Positions 38,764-48,247 of a stretch of 64,000 nucleotides of DNA are shown piece by piece. This stretch comes from a bacterium (GTDB lineage: Bacteria; UBA8248), in contig CBDBBI010000010.1 in the NCBI GenBank assembly GCA_965202625.1, positions 1 to 64,000 on the forward strand, read 5' to 3'. Every line of letters begins with the position of its first letter. Positions within the stretch are counted from its first letter, which is position 1. Both the position numbers and the translations under genes were made by a program. Below the pieces are notes generated by a model. The model made no database searches, had not been told where the DNA came from, and worked only from the letters and a program-made list of their open reading frames with translations.

Positions 38764-39339
38764 TTGGCGAAGCCTAAGAAAATGGGACTCGCGCGCCTGG
38801 CGCAGAGCCTCACGCTCATGCGTATGCTAGCGACTCCTGCGTTCTTGTGGGTTTTTCTTCGCCTCGAGTTCTCTCCTGATCTCGCGTGGCGCATTGCGCT
38901 TCTAGCCATTTACGCAGGCGCCGTCCTGAGTGACCTTCTAGATGGGCCGCTGGCGCGGCGTGCCAGCACTAGAAGCTACTTCTGGGGGCAGATGGATGTG
39001 CTCGCCGACGTCGCCTTCAACGGGGCCGTTCTCTCCGCCGCCGTTTGGGTGGGGCGCGTTGGATTCTGGGTGCCCTTGAGCTTGGCGGCCCTGGGTGCGA
39101 ACTTCTTGTGGCGCTGTCGGCGCTACGCGGGGCGCTCGGGCGATTCGTTGCCCGAGGACAGCGCGGGCAAGTGGGCGGGCGTTTTTTTTTACGTTCTGGT
39201 GGGCGCAGTCGTTCTTGATGCGAGCTTTCCCGCCGCCTGGCTGAGCGTCGTCGTCTACTGGTTGAGCCGCGTCGCTTTTCTCTACGCCCTGTGGCTGCTT
39301 TTTAGAGACTGGTTCCCTCCTCGCCGCCGCTTCGGCTAG
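38764..39339 (+). CDS. CDP-alcohol phosphatidyltransferase family protein
   Basis: LTLMR, DLLDGPLARR......G..MDVLAD signature; hydrophobic. Confidence 0.88.
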   Translation: MAKPKKMGLARLAQSLTLMRMLATPAFLWVFLRLEFSPDLAWRIALLAIYAGAVLSDLLDGPLARRASTRSYFWGQMDVLADVAFNGAVLSAAVWVGRVGFWVPLSLAALGANFLWRCRRYAGRSGDSLPEDSAGKWAGVFFYVLVGAVVLDASFPAAWLSVVVYWLSRVAFLYALWLLFRDWFPPRRRFG

Positions 39340-40291
39340 CGCGTTGGCGACCGAACAAATCCGCATACGCCTTTGGCATGAACAACACGCCAATCGTTCC
39401 GTTCGCCAACATGAAGGTCAAATGGGAGACGAGGCTGTAGGCGAGCAGATCCGCTTCTTGGGCATAGTCCTTAAAAAAGAATATCCAAGCGGCCTGGGAG
39501 GTGCCTAGGTGCGCCACCGTCACCGGGAGGGCGCCTATCATGAAAACGAGGGGAAGAAACGTTAGAAGCTGCAGCGACGGTATGTTTACTCCGAAGAGCG
39601 TCAGAGCGTATTTGTGCACGAGAAGGGAGAGCAGAAAAACGGCGCCTTTCAGCGCGAGGATCAAAAGACCGTCTTTTAGGCGGATGGTCTTGAACGTGCC
39701 GAGCAGGGTGTGGTTTCCGATCTTTTTGCCGATGGCGCCCAGCCCGCCGCGCGCCGCCCGGGTGATGAGAATCCAGAAACAGCCAAGCCCTAGTGGCAGA
39801 ATGACGAGGACGGGAGGCGCGCCTCCCGGAAAGGCGATGGCGCCGATGGTGGAGAACGAGACGAGGTTCGTGACTTCCAGGAGAATGAGGGTGGCGACCG
39901 TGCCGGTGATCTCGGCGAGCGGGGTTTGAAACCTTCGATGGAAATACAGGGCGAGCGCCACTTGGGCCAACTGGGTGTTAATGATGGAGACGACGTAGGT
40001 GACGGCGCGCACAGGCAGCAGCGTCCGAAAAGTGAGCGGGCCGTGGAACCACCGAACCATCTTGCTCAGGACGAACGTGTCCATCAGAAAAAAACAGATC
40101 GAGAAAGACGCCATCACCGCGAGGAAGGGGAGGAGCCTCGCCTTCGAGATGGCGAGGGCGAACTCGTGGAAGGGGATGCGCCAGAAGATGACGAAGAATA
40201 TCCCGATGGTCAAAACGACCGGGATGATTCGCCTTGTCTTGCTTTGCCGATGCGTGACCTGGTTTTTCTCCAAAGCGGGTCTCCCCTTCAT
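39302..40291 (-). CDS. Lysylphosphatidylglycerol-synthase TM (UPF0104, flippase-like) protein
   Basis: Multi-TM protein; LPVTVAHLGTSQAAW resembles the LP.t.gGlG..e motif of this family. Confidence 0.72.
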   Translation of the reverse strand: MKGRPALEKNQVTHRQSKTRRIIPVVLTIGIFFVIFWRIPFHEFALAISKARLLPFLAVMASFSICFFLMDTFVLSKMVRWFHGPLTFRTLLPVRAVTYVVSIINTQLAQVALALYFHRRFQTPLAEITGTVATLILLEVTNLVSFSTIGAIAFPGGAPPVLVILPLGLGCFWILITRAARGGLGAIGKKIGNHTLLGTFKTIRLKDGLLILALKGAVFLLSLLVHKYALTLFGVNIPSLQLLTFLPLVFMIGALPVTVAHLGTSQAAWIFFFKDYAQEADLLAYSLVSHLTFMLANGTIGVLFMPKAYADLFGRQRASRSGGEEGTSL

Positions 40292-41214
40292 CCGTGATGC
40301 GGCAGCGAGAGGCGCAGCGCCTCCTCAATGCCGGTGCGCGGAATAGACATGACGCTTCTCGCTTCATCGTCGTGGAGATGCTCGTAGAAAACGACGTCGA
40401 ACGCGGCGCGTCCCAGAGGGGAGGAGGGAGGAGAGAGCCAGCCGAGGAAGGTGGATACGGCCCGACCCAGACCTCTGGGAATCGTCAGGATTCTGGGCCG
40501 CTTTCCGAGTTGGCCTCCGGCGCGCCTTAGGAGTTCGGAATAGGGGAGGGTGTCCGGCCCGGTGAGGTTCATGGTTCTCAGCGGCGTATCGGGATGAAGG
40601 AGAGCCCATTCTATCGCGCACAGGACGTCGCCCTCGTATATCGGCTGAACGCAAACCGCTCCCCCTCCCACAAGGGGGATGACTGCGGAGCGCAGCATTT
40701 TTTTCATCTGGTTGATTGCTGGAGCGTCGGGCCCCAGTATCATGGGAACGCGCAGGATGGCCCCGCATGGAAAATTCTTTCGAATCACTTCCTCCGCCTG
40801 TCCTTTCGTTTGCAAATACGTGTTTTTTGACTTGGGGTCGGCGTCCGGAAAGCTCAAATACACGAACGACCTGGCACCGCCGGCGCGACTCGCCTCCACG
40901 ACGTTTTTTGTGGTGAGCAGGTTGGCCTGAACGAGCGAGTCGCCGGCCCTCGGAACCAGAGAACCCGCCAGGTGCGCCACGCGGTCCACGCCGTTTAGGG
41001 CGCCTGCGAGGCTTTTGGGGTCGGCGTAGTTCACCTCGATTATCTCGGCGTGGGTGCTGCGCAGGCTCTCGCCTCGCGCGATGTCGCGCACGAGCGCCCT
41101 AACGCGCGCGTGCGCAAGGGGCGAGTCCGCGCCGAGACGTTCAAGGAGTGCTTTGCCGACGGCGCCGTTCGCACCAGTGATGGCGATGTCGATGGTCTTC
41201 TCCCCTGAGGCCAC
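40288..41214 (-). CDS. NAD(P)-binding atypical SDR / epimerase-dehydratase (NDUFA9-like)
   Basis: ITGANGAVG, VAHLAG, YLQTK (YxxxK), ILR..MILGP, QPIY.GDV; GTGA overlap with the next gene. Confidence 0.85.
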   Translation of the reverse strand: MASGEKTIDIAITGANGAVGKALLERLGADSPLAHARVRALVRDIARGESLRSTHAEIIEVNYADPKSLAGALNGVDRVAHLAGSLVPRAGDSLVQANLLTTKNVVEASRAGGARSFVYLSFPDADPKSKNTYLQTKGQAEEVIRKNFPCGAILRVPMILGPDAPAINQMKKMLRSAVIPLVGGGAVCVQPIYEGDVLCAIEWALLHPDTPLRTMNLTGPDTLPYSELLRRAGGQLGKRPRILTIPRGLGRAVSTFLGWLSPPSSPLGRAAFDVVFYEHLHDDEARSVMSIPRTGIEEALRLSLPHHG

Positions 41215-41268
41215 AAGCCGAGGGAAAAACCGCCCTGGGTCCGGAGCCTCGTTTCTAGCGCTCCTAGG

Positions 41269-42504
41269 CTACGCCGTGAGCAGCCTGTGGGTCGGCGCCG
41301 TCATCTTCTCAATGGGCAGCCCGTGCGTGCAGGCTCCGGCGCAGGTTTGGTGGGTGCAGGCGAGGCACGCGGACGCGCCCTCGCCCAAAAGCGCGTACTC
41401 CGCTCTGGCGAGTCGCATGTCCCCATAGTCCTTCGCGTACATGCGGGTGCGGAGCACGTCCGCGATGGGCACGCTTTGCGGGCAGGCACCCTCGCAGTCG
41501 TTGCACGCGTGGCGGCAATAGGACGCCCCGTTGAGGCGCGCGTATTTCTGGAGAATCGGCAGTTCGCGGCGCGATATCTTCTTCCAGCCCGAGGCGCCCA
41601 GAAATTCCGTGATCCGCTCCTTGCTCGTCATCGAAATGACGAGGGAGTCCACGTTCGGGTTCGAAAGCACCCAGCGGAAGGCGGCCTGCGAATACGTAGC
41701 ACCCCCCCGCTCGTAGGGCCGCATGTCGTTGAGGCGCGCGCCCATGAGCGTCTTCATGGCGATGACGCCGATGCCCCTGGCCTTCGCCCTCTCCAGGGTT
41801 TGGGGTAGTTTCGGAAAGCGGGCGATGAAGTCGAACCCGCGCGTGAACTTCTGGTAGAAGGCCGGGTCCTGCCCGAAGTTGTACGCCACTAAGAACACAT
41901 CCACGGAGTTCTGCTCGACGCAGTAGTCGAGGCATTCGATCAAGTTGCCCGCGTGACCCGACATGCCGGAGTACCTGATCTTTCCTTGTTCCTTGGCGCG
42001 CGCGACGAACTCGCCCCACTCTGGGTTTTTCATCCGGTTCACGTCGTTCACCGCGTGGTTGAAATAGACGTCCACGTAATCCGTCTGAAGCCTTCGAAGA
42101 CTTGCCTCAAGGGAACGCATCATCGACTCCTTCTCGTCCCTGGAGCCGGCGTGCGTCTTCGAGATGATATAGACTTCCCCGCGTCTTCCCTTGAGCGCGT
42201 TGCCGATGGTGGTCTCGGATTCTCCGCCTGTGTAGCTCTCCGCCGTGTCGAAGTAGTTGATCCCCGCGTCAAGAGCGTAGCGAACGAGGTCTTCCTCGCC
42301 AGCCCCCAGCCGGCTGCTGCCGAATGAAACGTCCGACATCTTGATGTCCGTCTTCCCCAGCGAGACGTAGCGGTGCACCCGATTTTGCGCGGCCTCCGCA
42401 TTCGGAATGGCGCGCGCCAGCGGCAGAAAACCCGCGCTCAAGCCGGCGAAAGCGCTTTTTCTCAGAAAATCGCGTCTCGGCAATAGTCTCGAATTCTCTG
42501 TCAT
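41269..42504 (-). CDS. Aldo/keto reductase with twin-arginine leader and C-terminal Fe-S dicluster
   Basis: PRRDFLRK leader; YFDTAESY, IISK, SLRRLQTDYVD...H, IAMK; C-terminal CRHACNDCEGACP and CLACTHQTCAGAC. Confidence 0.88.
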   Translation of the reverse strand: MTENSRLLPRRDFLRKSAFAGLSAGFLPLARAIPNAEAAQNRVHRYVSLGKTDIKMSDVSFGSSRLGAGEEDLVRYALDAGINYFDTAESYTGGESETTIGNALKGRRGEVYIISKTHAGSRDEKESMMRSLEASLRRLQTDYVDVYFNHAVNDVNRMKNPEWGEFVARAKEQGKIRYSGMSGHAGNLIECLDYCVEQNSVDVFLVAYNFGQDPAFYQKFTRGFDFIARFPKLPQTLERAKARGIGVIAMKTLMGARLNDMRPYERGGATYSQAAFRWVLSNPNVDSLVISMTSKERITEFLGASGWKKISRRELPILQKYARLNGASYCRHACNDCEGACPQSVPIADVLRTRMYAKDYGDMRLARAEYALLGEGASACLACTHQTCAGACTHGLPIEKMTAPTHRLLTA

Positions 42505-42835
42505 CGTCTTTCCCTCCGGCAAAGGCGGTGCATCTCCCCATTGCACCCCATTTTTGCGTCCGGGTCAATTTGCAAAATTTCCTCCCCGTGTTCGCCTCCT
42601 CTCACGCCGATTCGGCAGATGCGAGGCTCTGGCGAGGGGTGGGGGTGAAGCAGGCGGAGATCGGGGCGACGACAGGCGTAGCGGTTGCCTATTCGCTATC
42701 AGGAGGAATCTTGGCGGTTTCATAGGGTGCTTTGCGGTTGGTGCCGCCGGCGAGCGGAAATCCGACGCGCGCCCATCCCGCTTCCTCCGGGAGGGCGGTG
42801 CTCGTCCGAGGCGGTCGTGAAGCGCGCACATCGGG

Positions 42836-44068
42836 TTATGCGTCGATCACCCGAAAGCTTCTGTCCTGCGGAATGAGCTTCTTCCAGCCGTTTTCTTTCA
42901 CGATCAAGGAGTATTCGATCTGGTAGCCCCCGTAGCCGAAGGCGCCCACAGGCGCCTCAACGTTGATCACCGAATTGACGGGCAGGGGCAGCTCGGAAGA
43001 TTTTGGCAGGAAGGGCTGATCGATTTTGGATTCACTCCCCAGAATAAAGGGGAACTCTCGCGCCTCAAGGCCAATCGTGTGGCCGGCGAAGGGGGCGTCG
43101 AACGCGGGGAAGCGAGCTTGGACGCCGCGTAGGAGCGCTTGGTATATCTGGCTGCCCGTGCAACCCGCCTTGATCACCTCCAGACATTCATGGAACCCTT
43201 CCTCGATGCCCTTCCACTCGCGCTGCGTTCGTGTGCTCGGCTCACCGATAGAGCCGCAGCTTCCTGTGTCGGCGTTGTAGTTTTGATAGAAAAGACCGGC
43301 GTCGAACATGAAGTGATCGCCCTTTTGAAGTTTTCTCTCGGTGGGCGGAAAGATGAAGACGCTCCTCGGGCCGCCGTTGAAGTGAAACCAGTGCCACATG
43401 CCGCCCGGTCGGGCCACCGCCTGACGCCAGACTTCCGCCGCTTCGCGTTCGCTGACGCCCTCGCGCGCGAAGTCGAACACCTCGGAGATGGCGTCCTCGT
43501 TTATCTGGGCGGCTTGGCGCAGGCGGTCGAGTTCGTCCACCGTCTTGACGAGCCGGGTCATCAGGAAGAGTCCCGATCCGGGGATGAATTCACAACCGGG
43601 GAGCCTCTCCTTCAAGGCGGCGAACAGGCTGTCCGGGCAGCCCTCCTCGTCCAGGGCGATTCTTCCGGACGTGATCCCCCGGTGTTTGAGAGCGGCGAGG
43701 AGGCCGTCGATAAGGGTGGGATGCTTGCCCCCGCTCTCGTGAAGCGTTAGGTAGCGCTCCATCTCCTCGTCGTGGGGCGCGTATCCTTCAGGTTCGATGT
43801 GATACGCTTGTCCTCCCCAGACGTAGACGTTCTCCGCGAACCCACCATAGGCGGCGTAGTAGGTGTTGTCCGCGCGGTTCATGACGAGATCGGTTCCGGC
43901 GTCCGGATCGTTCGTGAGCAGGGAATAGCTTCTCCGCGCCCGATAGACCCTTTGTGCCCAGCCAATGTGGCCCGTCAGATAGGTGACATTCTCCATCGTG
44001 GTGCCAATCATGGCCCTAACCTCGTGCTCCCTCATCAATTCCAGCGCGCGCTGCTTGTTGTAGAGCAT
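42836..44068 (-). CDS. M24 family (Xaa-Pro peptidase/creatinase-fold) hydrolase
   Basis: ENVTYLTG, RLVKT.DEL..LR.AA, metal ligands D(MFDAG)..D(NADTG)..H(GHTIG)..E(NVEAP)..E(IEYS); GGAGAAG RBS. Confidence 0.87.
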   Translation of the reverse strand: MLYNKQRALELMREHEVRAMIGTTMENVTYLTGHIGWAQRVYRARRSYSLLTNDPDAGTDLVMNRADNTYYAAYGGFAENVYVWGGQAYHIEPEGYAPHDEEMERYLTLHESGGKHPTLIDGLLAALKHRGITSGRIALDEEGCPDSLFAALKERLPGCEFIPGSGLFLMTRLVKTVDELDRLRQAAQINEDAISEVFDFAREGVSEREAAEVWRQAVARPGGMWHWFHFNGGPRSVFIFPPTERKLQKGDHFMFDAGLFYQNYNADTGSCGSIGEPSTRTQREWKGIEEGFHECLEVIKAGCTGSQIYQALLRGVQARFPAFDAPFAGHTIGLEAREFPFILGSESKIDQPFLPKSSELPLPVNSVINVEAPVGAFGYGGYQIEYSLIVKENGWKKLIPQDRSFRVIDA

Positions 44069-44461
44069 GTTTTCTTCTCCTGGAGAAAATGTTCGGCCCC
44101 GTGGAACGCATCGCAAAGCATCGCGGGAAAATGTGTATCACAATCTGTTCGCTTCACGCCAGAAGGCGCACCTTGGCGCACGAGAGCCAGGGCGCGGCGG
44201 GGTCGATGCGTCTCGCATTCCGGAAATTTTCCGCTTCGGGCGGAAAGCACTCACTCGAAAAACCTCTTAAAACGGAAGGGACGAGCTCTCGTGGAGGCGG
44301 TTTCCGCGTCCGCCTCTGTGGGGAGCGTCTGCATGGACGATGAAGTTCCGCCCCTGCGGTCCGGCGGGCGCGCCTCGCCCTCAAAGCCTTGAACGAGAAA
44401 GCGCCGGTGTGTTTAGATAAGGTTGCACGCGCGGTTCGTCATTTTGAGGGAGGGTTGGAGC

Positions 44462-45037
44462 GTGAAATTGGATCGCCCGGATGCGGAGGCGCTTTTGTTC
44501 GAGTGGACCGAAGGCCCTGGCTTGCGAGCCCACGCCCGGTCGGTGGAGGCTGCCCTGCGCGCCTACGCGCGGAGGTTCGGGGAGGACGAGGCGCTTTGGG
44601 GCATCACCGGTCTGCTGCACGACATGGACTATGAAAAGTATCCTTCGCCGCAGGAGCATCCGAGAATCGGCTGCGGGGTGCTGCGTGAGAAGAGCTATCC
44701 GGAGGAGATGATTCAGGCCATTCTGGGACACGCGGAATACCTGGGGGTGCCCAGGGAGACGCGCCTCGCCCGGGCGCTTTTCGCAGTGGACGAACTGGTG
44801 GGACTCATCACTGCCGTCGCGCTGGTGAATCCGGCGAAGGACGTTCGCCAGGTGAAGCCGAGGAGTGTGCGAAAGAAATGGAAGGACAAGGCGTTCGCCA
44901 GGGGCGTCAATCGCCAGGACGTGGAGCGGGGCGCCTCCGAATTGGGGGTGCCTCTGGAAGATCACGTCGCTTTCACGCTGGAGGCCATGAAGGGAGTCGC
45001 GGCGGATTTGGGCCTGGATGGTTCGCTCGCGCGTTGA
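44462..45037 (+). CDS. HD-domain (HDIG-like) metal-dependent hydrolase
   Basis: H...VE, GLLHDMDYE, HP, AILGH, LFAVDEL, FARGVNR. Confidence 0.85.
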   Translation: MKLDRPDAEALLFEWTEGPGLRAHARSVEAALRAYARRFGEDEALWGITGLLHDMDYEKYPSPQEHPRIGCGVLREKSYPEEMIQAILGHAEYLGVPRETRLARALFAVDELVGLITAVALVNPAKDVRQVKPRSVRKKWKDKAFARGVNRQDVERGASELGVPLEDHVAFTLEAMKGVAADLGLDGSLAR

Positions 45038-45074
45038 CGCCTTCATTTTATTGTAAAAAACTTTACGTTTTGCG

Positions 45075-45103
45075 TTGACGCAGTGGATGGATTTGCGCAT
45101 AAT
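45075..45103 (+). promoter_or_regulatory. Probable korAB promoter
   Basis: TTGACG (45075-45080), 17-bp spacer, CATAAT (45098-45103). Confidence 0.55.
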
Positions 45104-45255
45104 TCGCCGTCGATTGATCGTTCGATGAAACGCCATTGGGATTTGCAATGGGAATTATCGAAAAAGACCGGGCAAGATACGATACCTCGCGGTGTGGAAC
45201 ACCCTCCACGGATTCTCCAACGTCCAGTCAATCCAACTGAAGGACATTGAAAACG

Positions 45256-47112
45256 ATGGCTGAGTCTGCAAGTAGTAGCGGGGCGGAAAAGCAGCTTGTC
45301 GAACTCCAAACAGTGGCGATTCGCTTCGCCGGCGACTCCGGCGACGGGATGCAGCTCACGGGAGATAGGTTCACGAACGCGGCGGCGATCGCCGGGAACG
45401 ACCTGAGCACGTTTCCGGATTTTCCGGCTGAGATTCGCGCTCCGATAGGCACTCTCGCCGGCGTGAGCGGCTTCCAGATCAATTTCTCCAGCAAGGACAT
45501 CCACACCCCCGGCGACACCGTGGACGTCCTTGTGGCGATGAACCCCGCCGCGCTCAAGACTAGCATCGCCGATCTCAAAAGCGGCGGAATCGTCATCGTC
45601 AACGTGGACAACTTTGGCCAGAAGAATCTCGACAAGGCGGGCTATGCGGCCAACCCCCTGGATGATGAGGAGCTCAAGAACAACTACCGCGTCCACGAGG
45701 TGAAGATTACCTCCATGACGCGGCGCGCGCTCGAGGACATGGAACTGCAGTCCAACCTGGCGGATCGATGTAAGAACTTCTTTGCCCTGGGCCTCATGTA
45801 CTGGATGTACTCGCGCCCGCTGGAGCCTACGAAAAAGTGGATCGAGGAGAAATTCGCAAAGCGGCCCGAGTTCGTGCAGGCGAACACGCGCGCGCTGGAG
45901 GCGGGCTATTTCTTCGGCGAGAACACAGAGATCTTCACCAGCAACTACATCGTCCGGGAGGCGACCTACCCGTCTGGCAGATACAGGAACATATCGGGCA
46001 ATGTCGCCCTGGCCTATGGCTTTATCACCGCGACGAAGAAGATGGGGATCAACCTTTTCTGGGGCGCCTATCCGATCACGCCCGCCAGCGATGTTCTTCA
46101 CGAGTTGTCCCGCCATAAGAATTTCGGAGTGCAGACCTTCCAGGCCGAGGATGAGATCGCGGCCGTGTCCTCTGCCCTGGGCGCTTCTTTCGCCGGATCC
46201 CTCGGCGTGACCTGCTCGAGCGGCCCCGGTATCGCCCTCAAGGCGGAGGCCATGGGCCTGGGCGTGATGACGGAACTTCCCATGGTTATCGCCGACGTCC
46301 AACGGGGCGGCCCCAGCACGGGACTGCCCACGAAGACTGAGCAGGCCGACCTTCTCCAGGTGATGTTCGGCCGCAACAGCGAAAGCCCGCTGCCGATCGT
46401 GGCGGCAGCCACGCCGGGGGACTGTTTCTGGACGGCGATAGAGGCGTGCCGGCTGGCGGTGAAATACATGACGCCCGTCGTGCTTTTGAGCGACGGGTAT
46501 CTGGCGAACGGCTCCGAACCTTGGCTTCTTCCTAAGGCCGCGGAGATTCCTGAGATGCCGGTGTCCTTCCGAGCAGATCCGGAGGGTTTTCTGCCTTATG
46601 AGCGAGACCCAGCGACGCTCGCCCGCCCGTGGGCGATTCCGGGAACGCCGGGGCTTGAGCACAGAATTGGTGGAATCGAGAAACAGGACAGAACCGGAAA
46701 CGTCAACTACGAGCCGGAGAATCACGAACACATGGTGCGCACGCGCGACGCCAAGATCGCGGGAATCGCGAAGGACATTCCGCCCGTCGAGGTCATTGGC
46801 GAGCGTGGCGGCAAGGTTCTCGTGGTGGGCTGGGGCGGTACCTTCGGTGCCATCACGGCGGCGGTTGAGGCGCTACAGGCGCGCGGTGCCTCCGTATCCC
46901 AGGTTCACCTCCGCCACCTGAATCCATTTCCGGCGAACCTTATGGAGGTGATGGGCGGTTTTGAGAAAATCCTCGTGCCCGAACTCAACCTGGGGCAACT
47001 CTCCAAGATGCTCCGCTACCAGTTCCTCGTCGATACGATCAACTTCAACAAGATACAGGGCAAGCCCTTCAAGGTCGGCGAACTCATCACCAAGATCGAG
47101 GAGTTACTCTAA
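45256..47112 (+). CDS. korA: 2-oxoacid:ferredoxin oxidoreductase alpha (gamma-alpha fusion) subunit
   Basis: RFAGDSGDGMQLTG, PAEIRAP, YPITPAS, QAEDEIAA, QRGGPSTGLPTKTEQ, ELNLGQL. Confidence 0.93.
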   Translation: MAESASSSGAEKQLVELQTVAIRFAGDSGDGMQLTGDRFTNAAAIAGNDLSTFPDFPAEIRAPIGTLAGVSGFQINFSSKDIHTPGDTVDVLVAMNPAALKTSIADLKSGGIVIVNVDNFGQKNLDKAGYAANPLDDEELKNNYRVHEVKITSMTRRALEDMELQSNLADRCKNFFALGLMYWMYSRPLEPTKKWIEEKFAKRPEFVQANTRALEAGYFFGENTEIFTSNYIVREATYPSGRYRNISGNVALAYGFITATKKMGINLFWGAYPITPASDVLHELSRHKNFGVQTFQAEDEIAAVSSALGASFAGSLGVTCSSGPGIALKAEAMGLGVMTELPMVIADVQRGGPSTGLPTKTEQADLLQVMFGRNSESPLPIVAAATPGDCFWTAIEACRLAVKYMTPVVLLSDGYLANGSEPWLLPKAAEIPEMPVSFRADPEGFLPYERDPATLARPWAIPGTPGLEHRIGGIEKQDRTGNVNYEPENHEHMVRTRDAKIAGIAKDIPPVEVIGERGGKVLVVGWGGTFGAITAAVEALQARGASVSQVHLRHLNPFPANLMEVMGGFEKILVPELNLGQLSKMLRYQFLVDTINFNKIQGKPFKVGELITKIEELL

Positions 47113-48132
47113 ATGGCTACCACGACGGCGAAAAACGGCGGCGGGCTGGGCCTCACGCGCAAGGACTTCCAGTCCGATCAGGTCGTGCGCTGGTGCCCGG
47201 GCTGCGGAGACTACGCGATTCTCGCCCAAATGCAGAAGGTGCTGCCGGGGCTCGGTATTCCGCGCGAAAAGTTCGTCTTCGTTTCCGGAATAGGTTGTGC
47301 GGCGCGTTTTCCCTACTATATGGACACGTTCGGATTCCATACCATTCACGGGCGGGCTCCGGCCTTCGCCACGGGCGTGAAAGTGAGCAATCCGGATTTG
47401 TCCGTCTGGGTCATCAGTGGGGACGGCGACGCGCTGAGCATCGGCGGCAACCACCTCATCCACGCCATGCGCAGAAACGTGGGGGTGAAGATCATCCTCT
47501 TTAACAACCGCGTCTATGGATTGACGAAGGGGCAGTATTCGCCCACCTCGCTTCTGGGTTCCAGGACGAAATCCACGCCTATCGGCTCAGTAGACTATCC
47601 TCTGCATCCGCTGACGCTCGCTCTGGGGGCGGAGTGCAGCTTTGTCGCACGCACCTCGGACAGGGATCAGCGGCACATGGCCTCAATGTTCGAGGCGATG
47701 GCGCGCCATGAGGGGACGGCCCTCCTCGAGGTGCTGCAAAACTGCATTGTGTTCAACGACGGCGCATGGCACAAATACACCGAGAAGGGGCTGAAGGAGC
47801 AAAACGTGATTTACCTGGAAGACGGCCAGCCCTTGGCGTATGGCCCAACTGACGACCGCAAGGGAATTTCCCTGAACGATTACAAGGTCGCGTTCATCGC
47901 CCCCGACGCGCCCGAGGTTACCACCCATCGCGTGGACGACGAAACGGGGGCTTACGCCCATATTTTGAGCCGAATTGAACTGGAGGGCGGTCCCGTCCCC
48001 CTTGGCGTTCTGAGAAAAGTGGAGCGTCCTCCCTTCGAGGAGTTGATGACGGAGCAGGTCGCGGCGGCCCAGGGGAAGGAGGAGGTCGACATTGACGCCC
48101 TTTTAGGCTCGGGAGATACTTGGGAGCATTAA
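47113..48132 (+). CDS. korB: 2-oxoacid:ferredoxin oxidoreductase beta subunit
   Basis: WCPGCGDY, SGIGC, HGRA, GDGD..SIGGNH, NNRVYGLTKGQYSPT TPP motif. Confidence 0.93.
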   Translation: MATTTAKNGGGLGLTRKDFQSDQVVRWCPGCGDYAILAQMQKVLPGLGIPREKFVFVSGIGCAARFPYYMDTFGFHTIHGRAPAFATGVKVSNPDLSVWVISGDGDALSIGGNHLIHAMRRNVGVKIILFNNRVYGLTKGQYSPTSLLGSRTKSTPIGSVDYPLHPLTLALGAECSFVARTSDRDQRHMASMFEAMARHEGTALLEVLQNCIVFNDGAWHKYTEKGLKEQNVIYLEDGQPLAYGPTDDRKGISLNDYKVAFIAPDAPEVTTHRVDDETGAYAHILSRIELEGGPVPLGVLRKVERPPFEELMTEQVAAAQGKEEVDIDALLGSGDTWEH

Positions 48133-48247
48133 TAGAATAGCCTCTGGCCGTTTCACGGGCCGTCCGAATTCTTCTCATCCGGTGGCTTTTTTTTTCACTG
48201 TTGCGGATTTTCATGCCGCCCCTCAAGTTATCTCAAGCAAGCTTCTT

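Noticed and set aside
37050-38777. 575-aa + strand ORF
   Set aside because: Antisense shadow of the Fe-S/NrfD gene; no motifs; expected from GC-rich codon bias
44200-44390. Several GC-rich hairpins between the M24 and HD genes
   Set aside because: Short, not repeated elsewhere that I could see, and expected by chance at this GC content
45043-46731. 562-aa - strand ORF
   Set aside because: Antisense shadow of korA
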